DNA of 46,158 nucleotides from Perkinsus olseni (Eukaryota): NCBI GenBank assembly GCA_013115125.1, contig JABANN010000262.1, positions 1 to 46,158 of the forward strand, read 5' to 3'. Shown piece by piece: positions 23,510 to 36,041 of this stretch (position 1 is its first letter; each line of letters starts with the position of its first letter). The notes under the pieces were generated by a model. It saw only the letters and a program-made list of their open reading frames with translations, ran no database searches and was not told where the DNA came from. The position numbers and the translations under genes were made by a program.

Positions 23510-23947
23510 TTAGTCGTCGAATGAGTAATGAGTGGTTCTCAGATCCCAATACATGGTGACGGATTGGTCTTGAGGACTATAGGTCAGCTCCGATAGCGTT
23601 TGGGGACTCGCCAGCGTGAAATAAAGTCGCAAGTACGAATCAGGTACTCTCTCATGTGAATCGATCTTCAGCCTGGTTGAGCCCTCCCTAGTGTAGGTAG
23701 CCGAGAATATGGACGGGAAGGCGGCCGGGCTGTCCCTCAGGAAGAAGGACACGCTGCAGTCGCCCTCTGGCGTGGCGGAGAAGGACAGAGCCTTGACCGG
23801 GACTTTCTTATTGTCAGGTTCAGCCCCTGATGCCATTTCCTCCTTGTCGAAGTAGTAGCGACCAGTTAGGCATCCCTCACCCGAACCTTGCGCGTAAGCT
23901 GAGACGATGAACAAGAATGGTACAGCGGACAGGGAAAGGGTAAACAT
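23510..23947 (-). CDS. Small secreted protein, 145 aa (signal peptide, 2 Cys)
   Basis: ATG at 23947 gives MFTLSLSAVPFLFIVSAYA/QG, with a hydrophobic core and AYA cleavage site; intronless. Confidence 0.7.
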   Translation of the reverse strand: MFTLSLSAVPFLFIVSAYAQGSGEGCLTGRYYFDKEEMASGAEPDNKKVPVKALSFSATPEGDCSVSFFLRDSPAAFPSIFSATYTREGSTRLKIDSHERVPDSYLRLYFTLASPQTLSELTYSPQDQSVTMYWDLRTTHYSFDD

Positions 23948-25278
23948 AACCGAAAAGGTTGCGAAACCGCCGCAAGCTGAAACCACGGATTCTCGCGGAA
24001 ATGGGAGAACCAACCGCAGGAGAGTCCCCTAAAGCAACGCGAGTACTTGGTATCCGGGACTCTACGGTACAAAATACTGTACAACCTCTGCCTAGAGAAC
24101 TACTCTAAGCCACTGTCGCAGTCGCTTGAGGCCGAACGATTGACAAGGACAGGACTGCGAAAGGGAAGAGATCTCACGATTACTCGGGAAACGGGAAATC
24201 GCTTTCGCTATGGCGGTTAATCTTGTACGCTAGTCTCTCTATGAAGACACATCAGCCATCGTGGCGTATTTTTGGGTGACTGACGATCGTTCTGAGGTAC
24301 TCAAAGATCCACAACAAAGCAGACCGGCCCTGCGGCACTTCTGAAAGGGGCGGAGAGCAGGCCGGCAGAAGTGGAAAGGGGTATGCTAATGGTGCGATGG
24401 GTAGGAAGGAGCCTAGTCAGCCCTGGACCATGTCCTACTGCTCCATCGAGTTCTTAGGAGACAGCATTGCGCCACCGACGGCGTCGAGTAGCACTCTGTG
24501 CTCTGGATACGTTGAATCAACGTATCCCTGAACAATCTGATGGATGAGTTGGCATCAGATGCCAACTCATCCTGATTTGCAGGACACTACCCGAGTTTAG
24601 TTCGGAGACGTCATCACCGTTTCGGCCTCAGAGTCCCTGAGATTCCTCCAGAAGCGGCGGAGAGGACTCAGCTCTGGGTTAGGGCCTAACCGCCTGACGG
24701 TTAGGCGACGGGACGCGGGACATGTCCCCTTCCTCGGTACACTGCCTTAAAATTCTGTAGTGTAGGTCTTGCACTCTGTAGGAAGCAGAGTTCTTGCCTG
24801 GCTCGAAAAGCCAGTAGACTACTGGCGGTGCCCTCAGCACATGGAGTCTGGGTGAGGGGAATCACTGACTCTCGATCTCCCACTGAAAGATTCAGCATAT
24901 GAATTGGTACTCTTTGAAAGCAATGGTAACAGCGCAGCAAGGTTTAGCGATCCGAGCATGTTCTCATGATCTGACGATTGATGTGATGCTGAGCATCAGA
25001 TGCTCCCTCACAGTCCCCTCTCACTGGGGATAAGCTGGGGAAATACTGCACAACCTCGAGCAAGAAAATAACATCTTGCTCTTTTACTCGGATAACTTGG
25101 TGCTCGAGGATATGGAATTCCATTGGCGACGGTGAAGGAGCTTCGCCTTCTGATTTGGTTCTCGTGTAGTACTCGCACGCGGAGTGCTCCACCGGTGCTA
25201 TCAGTTGATGGTGGTGACTCCCTTCCAAGATTATCATCTGTGGTATCTTCACACCCCCTCAGCTTCCCTCTTGTTATA

Positions 25279-26177
25279 ATGCAAACCGTCATTATTTGGA
25301 TAGCCTCCGTCATCTGTTTGATGATTCACATACCGCAAGTGTACAGAACGACACAATGAGAGGACAACGATGAGGACCCAATGGAGGCTGATGATGGTCC
25401 ATACGCTGGCTTGGGTAAACGTCGAAGGAATCCAAATGCTCGTCCTCTAGTCAAGGCTGTTATGAATCAACAGCATAAGAGAGGGAAGGCCGAACAAGAA
25501 ATGCCAATCTCGATCGCACCTTCTTTCAAACGCAAACGGGAGTCGATGGATGAAGACATGCCTCAGGCCAAGAGGCTAATGGCGGACACGCTAAGCGGAC
25601 TTGAATACTACATGTAAGAGGAATAATGATGATAACCTCATCGTAGTTACCGCCGAGCTCGCATGAAATTCATGTGAGTTCTCGAGATAGGACTGCCTAA
25701 TACTTTTTTCCGTGAGTCCCCCGTCAAGACGGTGTTCCTCGGTCCAAGCTGCCTCGAATCCTTGAAACTACCATGCTCATTTTTTCGTTGCGCTCTGCAT
25801 TGCTTCATATCGATTTGCGCATGAAGCCCGCAAGAATTGAACACACCGGTTCAAGTCTGCGCTCGTACCGGCGTTGGACTATCAACTCACACGCACGCTG
25901 TGCATTTTTTTTCAGTGACGAGGACGGGATTTCAGAAGTTGAGATTGATGGTGCTTCCTACATCGTGGACATCCCAGATCCGTTCAGGGATTTTCATCAG
26001 AAGGCCTTCCAGATGACGGAGTGCTCGCAGATCTTTGAACTGATTCAGAGCGAGTTAATGAAGCGCGTCCCGAGGGACTCAATTTCTGGAGAGTTGTGTG
26101 ACTTGATGAAAACAGAGATGTGCCGAACATACAAGGAAGCTGCGAGGAACATTATAGTATTTTACCGAGGTTACTGA
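25279..26177 (+). pseudogene. 'MQTFII' family copy 3, pseudogene (recent paralog of copy 2)
   Basis: In-frame TGA at 25357-25359. A deletion fuses exon 1 to the end of exon 2 (..LSGLEYY|gt at 25614). Exon 3 spans 25916-26177, with an insertion frameshifting the tail relative to copy 2. Confidence 0.8.
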
Positions 26178-27202
26178 CGATATCTGATGAAGCGTCGGTG
26201 GTGAGGAACTAGAGTTGGTATGGGTGTGTTCATACGCATGAGTATGTGTTTGTGCTGTTCGTTACAAAATCTCGACTCTTGAACTAGTAACGTACTAATA
26301 CACCGCTCAGCCAGTCGGGCTAAGCCAGAGTACTGGAAGCTTAGATAGTAATGAGAAAGCTTCATTTCATACGAAGTGGACATGTAAGTTGCTTTCACTG
26401 TTTTGGAACCCCTCAACTATGTTGAACCGCTCGCGTGTTGCAGCGATTCCCCAGGGGTATTCCCCAGTCTCGATTGCAAGTCTCGTATGAGGGTATGCGA
26501 GAAAACGGGGTTTGCTCGCGAAAAAGCGATCTCAGGCTCGAGCTGATTCCTTCAAGGAGGCTTGTGTGAGTCACACAGTGTGACGGTCATGGGCACAGTC
26601 CCCCGGATGTGTAAGCGGATCCTGCCAGGAGGAAGGGAAGGTTCTCGGCTCGAGTGCACCCCTGAGGGAAGCTTCTTGACGAACCGTCCGATTGTAATGC
26701 GTGTCAACGCTAGAGTCTCCAACTGTGCACATCGGCAAAAGCCTAGCTACACCCCTCCACAAATTCTGAGAATTTAATTCTCAGCATATCTGGTTTTTCG
26801 ACTGGTGCACTGTCACCTGAGCGGGTACGGAACCGCAACTCAAGGAGGTTTATTCTTATGCTCCCCAGGACATAACCTCCAACTTGGAGGCTCCAAGTTT
26901 CAGGGCCTAACTCTTCATAGTTAGTGAGTCGAAAAGTCGTAAAATATTTTCTCCGCGAATTCTTAGCATACACTATATCTATAACTTTGCATTTGATCTA
27001 TTGCGGAGCATCAATGGAGAGAGCGTCTTTCGAAAAGCTATCCCTCCATGGTTCATCTCAATAAGGAAAGATGTCATCTTTGTCGGGGTGACGATTTTTT
27101 CTTGCGATTCTTTTTGATATCATCACTGCTCGAAGTTCACGGAGAAATTCTCCGCTCGGCTCGAGGTTGCGATTATTAAATCAGTCTTTGACTTCCGTTC
27201 AG

Positions 27203-27493
27203 CAATGATGATGGCCTTAAAGGGATCATGATGAATGGTGACTTCTACGACTCCAACCTGCCAGATCCTCGGAAGGACTCCACCAAGAGAGCCTTCGGGA
27301 TGTCGTGCAGGGAGATCTTCCGTGAACTACAGAGGGAAATACTCGGTTAAACCGAGTCGGTTTGCAGGCAGGGGACGTCTTAGAGAAGGAAAAGTGCGAC
27401 ACGATCATAACGAACGTCCGTGAGATCTACGAACATGCTGTGGGGGAGCCTGTCAAAACTGTCACTTACGACGGGCCACCCGGAACCCCTTGA
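27203..27493 (+). pseudogene. Orphan, frameshifted exon 3 of the 'MQTFII' family
   Basis: After ttcag and 1 nt it reads NDDGLKGIMMNGDFYDSNLPDPRKDSTKRAFGMSCREIFRELQREILG*, then in another frame DVLEKEKCDTIITNVREIYEHAV, homologous to copy 1 exon 3. Confidence 0.75.
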
Positions 27494-27805
27494 CCCTGGG
27501 CAGAGTGATTCCACAGGGAAGGGCGATGGTGTTGTTCGTTACGATGTTACTATCACCTCATGAAGTCTTATGTCTTGCGTAAGTGTTGCATTTGGAGTCG
27601 ATCGGGACTCTCGGTTGCCTAGGTCGAAAACGTGGCCCTCGAAAACATCGACTCAGCGCCTGCGGGGATCCAATTGATAGTCCCTTCCTGAGAGGTTTCA
27701 GCACCGGTTGAGCGATAGCGCTCCTCTGGCCTTCTTTCGCCGTTCAAACTGCCTTAACTCAACAGCGTCTGTTGCACTACGCACATGACTTTCACCGTTT
27801 GGCTC

Positions 27806-30800
27806 TCACATGGCGCGACCGGGTTGTATGACAATGTGAGCCTGACACGCCTCAATGTGGTACTCGATCTCAAATGAAGCGAGGCGCGGAAAAAGGGAAA
27901 ATTTAACAATCGGCAATTCTGGCGTTTTCGATGATTCACCTGTTTCTTGACTATCTCATTGATCTTGTTCACCATGTTCATAGCGTGGACATTTTCATCA
28001 TGATAATCCGACTCCTGCAGGTTTCCCTGAGGCAAGGAAACAGTCAAGTACTGAGAACGCCGCGCCAGGACGGTCCGAAGCGCCAAGCAACTCAGACCAT
28101 ATCCATGATAAAGTTGTCCTCATCAAGCCCACTTGTATGGAACTCTCCTGCTGGTATCTCGTCTGTTCCAGTTTCTTCAGTGTCTCCTCTAACTCCACCA
28201 GAGCTGCATGTCCTGTACTTTCACTCAGCGTCTGCCTCTTTCCGTCGAGCCGCAGTTGTGCTGATTCCACCTGAGCCCACTGCGCCCTACCACATGGGAG
28301 GCTTTCCCCTTACTAGGTCTCTGAGGCCGGGAAGATCGTGCTCGAGCTTTTGCTTGCGTTCGGCGAGGATCTCCATGTCGCTGAAGTCACGAACGCTGAA
28401 GCTGCCCCTTCATTGCCGTCAATTTACCGAAGCCGTGTTTTCCTTAGTTCATCCACACAGGAGAACCGATTATCGATTTCGGCCTGGTAGTGCGCCATGG
28501 ACTCCTCTGCCTGAGCCAGCTCTTCTTCCACCTGCTGGACGGCTGTTTCATCCGTAAAGGGAGGCATCCAACCTTGTGTTCGAGATCGGATATCTTTTGC
28601 AGTTCGTCACGTCTCTGCTGAACCTCCAGTTCAAGACGTTGGCCAGTAGTCTCGCTTGCTTCCACCTGCCCAGGCTAGCCATGCCCGTACCCGCTTCAGT
28701 GAAAACACTGAAACCTGGCGCCCCTTGAACTCGAGATCACCCTGCATTTCCTCAAACCGAGCCCGAGAGGGGACCTCCTTCGCTCGGCCGATCGTCTACG
28801 GTGGAAATCGTCATGGAGAGTTTGTCGATAGGCAACCTTGTGTATTTTGATCATCAAATTCTTGATATCACCCTCCAGGCCTTTGACGACCCCGCGCTCG
28901 TCCTCCTCAAGCTTCGGGAACCCTTCCAGAAACGCGGTCATTTCCGCGTCCTTCGCAAAGAGAATCTTGTACCTCGCTTCAACCGTACACGCGGCATGAC
29001 ACCCGCTGTTGTTCACTTTTGCTGTTGCTCGTCATCTGCCTCCGCTTCGCCTGCCTCGGAGTGCCTGTTCAATGCCGCGGAGATTTCAGCCGCATTTCGT
29101 CTGAATCGCTCGAGAGCTTCTTTCATTCCTTCATGGGCTGACTCCAGCTCAGCCTGCAGGAACGAGGAGGAGAGATGCTGCTCCAAAAGTATCCAAGGTT
29201 AAAGCTCGAAAAGGATAAAATTTCGGGACGAGACGACCGACAGCGACAAGATATGAGCTCGAAAGGAATGAAGGCGAGTCGCTGCCTCAGTCAGCAACGG
29301 GTCGAAATTTTTCCACTTGCTCCTTACGGGCTCTTGTCAAGATCAATACACCGCCTCAGTCCCGGTGAGCTATACCATCTTCTGATTATCGTCTTTTATT
29401 TTCTCCATGAGCATCTCCTTCTGCTTGGGTAGGGGAAGACTAACTTTTTCCAGCTCATCCGTGAGCTCCATTTTACGTTGGAGCAGATCGTCTACCACAC
29501 CAATCACAAATCGCGTAACTTTGTTTCAACACCACCTCTGGCTTTTGATAGAGCGAGCATGCGTCGTCGCGAAGGGTCCATCTCAAGTCTGTCGCCGGTG
29601 ACCTTCAGTCTAACAGCAGCGGCGTCGGGCCGTGAGGGATCGTTCGTGAATTCCTACCTCTGCTGCATGGGTTCCATGGAAGCCTCTAGCTCGTGGCTGG
29701 CGTCACTGAATAATATGAAGATTTACTGTGAGCGGAGCGAAGCTGGACTGACTTGATTTTTTGGAGTTCGCCTATGAGCTGCTCGTATTCTCGTTTCAGC
29801 TCCGGTGTAAGGCGACTCAACTGCTGCTCAATATGGGATTGCTGTTCCTGATGAGCAGCACGATTTGGTGAGGGAGTGGTAGCAGCTGGCTTACGATGAG
29901 CTCATGCTCTAGTCTAGCTAGGCCCTCCTCGCACTCCTTCTTCTCAAGGAAGACATTGTCGATCTGTTCTCTGCCGAACGCGTTCTTTTCCTTGATCTCC
30001 AAGTATCTTTTAATCCGTTTTAAGCAAGCATGACCTCTGTTGTGTACTGTCTCTCCAAATCCTCCGGTCGAATGCTTATCCTTTGTTTATCCAGGGCAAG
30101 ATTGTAGTCAGCCAGCTCTCCTTCCAAGCCTTTGACCTATCCTAATTTTATGCTACTTTTACGACTGCAACCTGTTTCACCTCGTCAAGTAGTGACTGAT
30201 AACGTCGCTGGTACTGTCGATACGACTGACTCTCCTCAGCGATTCTTGCCATCTCTTTATTGAACTGCGCTATCTCGGAGGACAGGGAATTTCTACCGCA
30301 GACGAAAAGATCATCGAAGCCTTGCTTTTACACGTTCACATTTTGTTCCTCAGTTGCGCTTTGTAATAGCTCTTATCAAGGACCTGCCTCCCCGAGCTAC
30401 TCTGAGCTGTTCTCACGCCCGAGAGCCCCTGTTGGGTCACTGGACGGTCGACGACTCTGAAACCATCCTGAAATTAGGCCCATCGTACAACATCAAAAAT
30501 TCGAAAAAAGAGAGCGCTGCAACTTCTAAGCGCCCGCGTAGTGATACCGGTGATAATCCTATCTCGTTCAGATGAGAATCCGAGCTGAAGCTGAGCTAAG
30601 TCGTTGAGGATGTGAGGACAGTAGGTCGAAATATGAGATTCCACATGGCAAGACCCGACTGTTGCCTTGTCAATACGGAAAGGCAGTAACGTCAATAAGT
30701 GGATCCAAACCTTGCAGCATCCCAGGAGTATACAAGCTCACCATGGTTGTTGATGATGCTGTTGCACTGGGTGCTACGTATCCTGTTCCGAGGCCCGCTC

Positions 30801-31081
30801 TCGAGCCTACCAGAGAACGGTAACGGCGCTCAGTCAAGCAAAGGGGTTACCTGCCGCAGCTCCAGAGAAGATGCTGCCCCTCTGGCTGGCCGGCGTCCCA
30901 CTGGATGACCCGCCGGTGGACCTCATCGCACCTACTCAGCGACTGGGGATGCTGCGCTGAGCTCGATAAACGACGTACTGCTGGGTCGAGCAGGAGAGCT
31001 GCTGCCCACTTGGGGAGGTGGCGCGGGACGGAAGCCACCACCGGTAGTATTGAAGCCTCGAGACTGCGGACGATCAGCCAT
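27806..31081 (-). CDS. IFT74: Intraflagellar transport protein IFT74 (multi-exon; 3' end approximate)
   Basis: Starts MADRPQSRG. Carries the hallmark VVDRPVTQQGLSGVRTAQSSSGRQVLDKSYYKAQLRNK, the block GELADYNLALDK, and a long coiled coil. Confidence 0.9.
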
Positions 31082-31634
31082 TTTCAAACAACTGCGTCCT
31101 GTTGAGAACCCACACGAACTCCATCCGCGGAAAAGCCGCGCATGAATGACTCCTGCTGTTCTTGCCGCCTTCCACTACCACCCTGATATCAACTCAAGAC
31201 TCACCAATGACTATTGCGGAGATGCCTTGGAAAGGTAGTCGAGGGAGGTGCGGTTACAGTACTACTGCAAGAGCTAGAAGACACTATGTACGAACAAAAC
31301 CACTGAAGGGAAATATAGAGTTGTCTGCTTGTGTGAGGTTTGCACAGGTGGTTCAAAATGTGACTGGATTGTGTTGACGCCTACTATTACACATTACCGG
31401 AGCTAGTGTCGTTCCGGAAGCTGGTGCTATCCTACGTTACTCTACTCATTGGACTCAGGTTGGACTGGAGACAAAGTGCCCTCAATAATTCTGTGCGAGC
31501 TGACTTGTGGTGCTCAACATTCACTACAAAGACTAAAGGTTACATTCACTAAACCCAAGACAACCTCGCAGTTGGTAGAGGAAACGATAGTATTCGAAGA
31601 TTTTGACGTTGTAGCTTATGGCCGATTATCATCA

Positions 31635-34600
31635 TCACTGACCAGCCATGGCGACCATCTGGGCCCCCGATAGTAGCCGTACTAGACACTCGAGTCGACT
31701 GCAGTCCTTATCGAAGGTCTGAAGAAAACGAAAATCGAAGATGGCCACTAGTGAGGGCAGAGGGACCTTGAAGTTGGTAGTAAGACGCTTGCTGAGCTCC
31801 TTCACTGCGGTGTGCAAATCCTCATCGGTCGATTCAAGCAGGGTATCAGCGTGGAACTTGAGGAAGAGGGATAGTTGAACCTGGCAAAAAATGATACTCG
31901 TCAACAGACGACGTGACAGAAGCAACAGCAGGAGTAGTAGTAGATAGTGCTAGTGATGATGACGACAGTGGTAGTGGAGATAGCAGCAGCGTTAGTACCA
32001 ACAGTAGCAGTAGTGAGCCTGGCAGAAGCAGCCGTGGTAGTGGTGGTATTACTACCTGTACCAGATCATAGTCTCTTCCTGTAGCAGCCATAGCATCGAA
32101 GTACTCGACAGCATAACGGAGGTTATCATCTCTGATTTCGCTGATGCACAGGTTCAAACCGCTCGCCGTCTGCTTTTTAAGATAGTCCAACGCCCCCTCC
32201 CAATCACGATCCACAATCTTCCTCTCAAACTCCGAGTCCAGGGCTGAGTTGAAATCACCAACTTCCTCAAGCCTCATTCTCTTCTTCTCAGGTTCCTCGT
32301 CCGTCGCCGTCGTCGCCGTTTCCAATGGTGCGAACAGCGGCTTAGCCCCATCGTAAACAGTCGGCAAGAAGAAGGGAGCGCTCTCGGGCTTCGTCGGAGG
32401 GGCGACTGGCTTATTTCTTTCCTTGATCTCATCGAGTCTCAAAGAGTATTGCCAGCTCGTCCGAGGGACGTCCGACAGAGTGATAGCGCCTCGCGTTTGA
32501 GGAAGATACGACACGGGGTTGCTCAGCACCTCCGCACCGGCTGTATTCTGTTCGTCGCCAGCTTCAACCTCGGATACTCCCTCCTTCTCGGGCTCGTCAA
32601 TAGGGACATACTCCCGCGGCACAGCAGATAGGGCAGCACCATCGCTGCCGCCAAGCAGCTTTGTATTGGTCCAGAGGTGAAGGGCGCCGTACTTGGACGT
32701 GTGCGAGTGGGTGGTGATAAGGAAGGCATCCCCGGTGCTCCAACAGAGGGCGAGCACAGGCGAAGCGAAGCACACGCGGTCAACAACACTGGCCGTGGGC
32801 AGATCGTAAATTACCATTTTTGCATCAGAATCCGCCACCGTAAGCAGCTGTCCGCTGTGCGACCAGGCCATAGCCGTAACTGGTGCCTTAAGCTCGTCCA
32901 AGCGCCTCACCACCCTTCCCGAGTCCAAGTCCACCACCAACACTCCCTCGCTCTTGGTCATAGCGACAGCGACCAGAGCACCGTTAACAGCAGCAGCCGC
33001 GGTGGTACCCTCACCAGCAGGAAGACTGATTTCTCTCAGCTTGTTAGTCGACTTAGGACCGCTTCCGATCGTCGTCAATCGGAGTTTTCGTCCCTTCGAA
33101 GAAGCCGAGAGAATTGTGGTAGGAGATAGAAATTCCAAAATCGATACCTCACCGGCATTCTCATGCTTCGTGACCAGCCCGCGATAGAGACAGCTTTGCA
33201 GGTTGAACCGGTGAACCTCGCCATTTTTCATACCACAACATGCGTAATTCCCGCAGTCGCTCACGGCCACTCGGACCACCTCGGACTTGTTATCGGGGAC
33301 CTCGAGCTGGCGATTGACCAAAGCTTGCTGATAGCCACTCCAGACGTTCGCAGAGGCCGAGCCTTTGTGAGCAGTAATAACGTTCGGCCAGTCGTACTGC
33401 CGCAGTCTTGTACCGGCAAGGGACAGAATATTACCCAGGGAACCATCGCCTGGTCGTCGCCATTTCATCCTGGACCCGAACCCGGCCGTTGCCTTAGTCA
33501 AGTTAGAGATGCTCCAGATATTGTTCTGCTTCTGCTGTATCAAACTCATCTTGCCTACCCTGTTACCCGAGCTGATCAGGAGGTCGTTGCACTCGGCGTT
33601 GTTTGTCGAGTCTCCGTAGACTTCGACGTGCGTGATGGGCTGACTAGCACCGCGACGATGGCGCAGCAACCGCAGACTTCCATCGGGCTTGTCGAAGATC
33701 CAAACGCAGATGGCGTTGTCAGTCCCAGTAGAGACCACCAGAGGCTCGCCAGGGACCGCTACAAGGGTCGAGATACGACCGTCGTGAGCAGCCTTAATCG
33801 AGCTGTGCAGAATCTTTTCGGCGAGGTCCCAGACGAAGATATCTCCTTCTGCTGTACTGGAAAGCAGCACACCATTATGGTCGCCACTGTCCGTGCGGAA
33901 AGTCAGACCTGTAATGGACCCCGACGCCCGACTTTCCGTCGTTCCCAAGGTGAAAACGACCTGATCTGTGCGACAGTTGATCATACAGATTCGGCCGCTT
34001 TCGAACCCGATAGCAACCACGTCCAAAGCGGGAGATGCCGCAAGAGCCGTTACGGCGGAGTCGTCTGATAGACAGCCGAAAGTGTGAATCTTTCGACGGG
34101 TCTTGAGGTTCCACAGCTCAAGTTCGCCACCACGACCACCGATGAGCATCTTGTTAACATAAGTAGGTACGTGGGTCGCAGTAGTGAACTCGAAGCCCAG
34201 ATTCAGCCTGGCCGGACCGACGATTTTTCCTCCGGGCTTTGTGACGGAATCGGGGAGAGTCCACAGGAGCACTTCGTTACCGCCGGCACCAACGCTGAGC
34301 AGGAAGGTACTGCCAAGCAGGTGGAGGGACCTGAACGAGTTGGTGGAGGGGTGGTACTGCTCTTCAACCATGGGAGACAAGGTATATTATCTCACACTGA
34401 AAATCGCTCACGACCGAGGCAACAACGTACCACTTCTTCAACTAATCCTACGTCACCCATATCCTAGCAAGTGAATATCGTTCGATAATTTTGAGTATGC
34501 TATTCGTCACTTCGACTGTTCACAGAACTCGTATTTTGTAAGCAGTATCTTTTATTCTGCATCTTGCACAAGTGACCAGGCAACCATCATACTCCCCTCC

Positions 34601-35787
34601 CAGCCAGTCGAGATACTACTCGACGCTTCCTCTGTGGCCCTCTGAGCCCATCGCGCTCATCGGGACCATCTTGTGCCAGATTCCAACTCTTCCATTGCTA
34701 TATCCAGCGACTGTAGTGTCACCAACAGCTACTACGCTGGTGACGGTCTCTTGGGCGGCTGGCTGAATATAACGGATGTCGAGACTCTCGGTGTCGTAAA
34801 CCTGACAATGACTTCCAATTTATGCTACTTTCACATTGTCAATAGGCAGGTTGTGGAGCAAGTTATCATAATACTATTTCAATCGTTTTCGGGTCATTCT
34901 CTCTACCGTGGCGCCGTCCAAAATATGTCGAGTTTCTCATTGTGGTAGACCCGATAACGAACTTCAGTTTATGCTGCTTTCACAATGTCCATAGGGTAAC
35001 GATTTCTTCTTAACGATAGATAATAAACTAGGATTCGAATAATATTATTGGAATAGAGGAGAAATCTTTTGGCCATGGGTGAATGAAGCGAAACAGCGGT
35101 GAGTGCAATGCGGCCTCGAGGCATGGAGAATAGTCCGTAAAATAGTTAACATAGTTAAATAACAAATGCCATCCGTAGGCGATTGTCGTTTACACCAACT
35201 TAGCTGACGGAGGAGACGGTCCTAGACAGTACTATTAACCAGAAAACATACGTTATACTGATGATAGCAATCGCACTCGGACTCGGAAATCATGGTGAAT
35301 AATGATTCGAAAAATGCGTATTTTACATCATCGAAGCCTTACACAACTTTTGGGAATCACCAACAAACGCGACGTGCAAACGCGATAGTAATACCAAGAG
35401 CAAAGTACTAGTGAAAATAAGTAGTACTACGATTAGACAAAATAATGACTTGCATAAAAAGTAATTACTGGCAATAAAACTGACGTTAATTTGATTTACT
35501 ATAGATAGATAAAATTAACAGTATTGAAAATAGTAAATATTTTCACGCCCTGATAAACTTGTCAAACAAAACACGCACAATAATGTAATTCTCCTAGCAA
35601 CTCCCTTTCCCATTACTACTTGCCACGACTTATGTGTCACCGCAGTAACAAAAGTCTGAGAGCCGACTTTAGTAACAGCCGCTGGTTGCGGGCCACAGAC
35701 GACGCCAACTACTCGATGGGTTCTCAGCATGCCCGACTCCCTAGGGCTGACGATTGATGTCATCTCGGAGGTAGCCGCCTTTGTCAT
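31635..35787 (-). CDS. UTP21: WD40 SSU-processome subunit UTP21/WDR36 (multi-exon)
   Basis: WD repeats; motifs HVPTYVNKML, SPALDVVAIG, WIFDKPDGSLRLLRHRRG and FNLQSCLYRG; C-terminal LDEIKERNKPVAPPTKPESAPFFLPT. Confidence 0.93.
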
Positions 35788-35833
35788 GGCTAGGAAAAGG
35801 TAACAACCTGGGAAAAGGCAGAGACTCGGCAGG

Positions 35834-36041
35834 GTTCAAAAAACCAATTCTGAAACTGAGAATCGGTTCTGAAACCGCACATATTCGCTGTTAAAAATAA
35901 ATTAGAATCGATACTGAATTTAAGAATCGGTTTCCTGACCGGGAGGCAGGGAGTGCTCAATAACCCAACTGCGAAAGTTGGTTACAGGGCGGAGATTAGG
36001 GAGTGTTCGACAAACCAATTCTGAAACTGAGAATCGGTTCT
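35834..36041 (+). repeat. Two direct copies of a dispersed repeat of about 35 bp (AAACCAATTCTGAAACTGAGAATCGGTTCTG)
   Basis: Copies near 35841 and 36012. Related sequence is inverted at 12230-12262 and 12704-12723, and partial at 38495-38612. Confidence 0.75.

Noticed and set aside
25357-25359. In-frame TGA in copy 3 as selenocysteine or readthrough
   Set aside because: The same copy has a large internal deletion and a C-terminal frameshift, so a pseudogene is more parsimonious.
26562-26777. Possible exon 2 of a further MQTFII copy (GGLC..RMCKR)
   Set aside because: Only a loose Cys-spacing resemblance, with no phase-compatible splice sites or leader; too weak to call.
31846-32056. Hydrophobic/Ser-rich C-terminal tail of the 844-aa ORF
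   Set aside because: Read-through into a low-complexity intron. The true UTP21 C-terminus continues in downstream exons to 31635.
33163-34068. 301-aa + strand ORF, and the 291-aa - strand ORF at 43669-44544
   Set aside because: Antisense shadows of the UTP21 and actin coding sequences.
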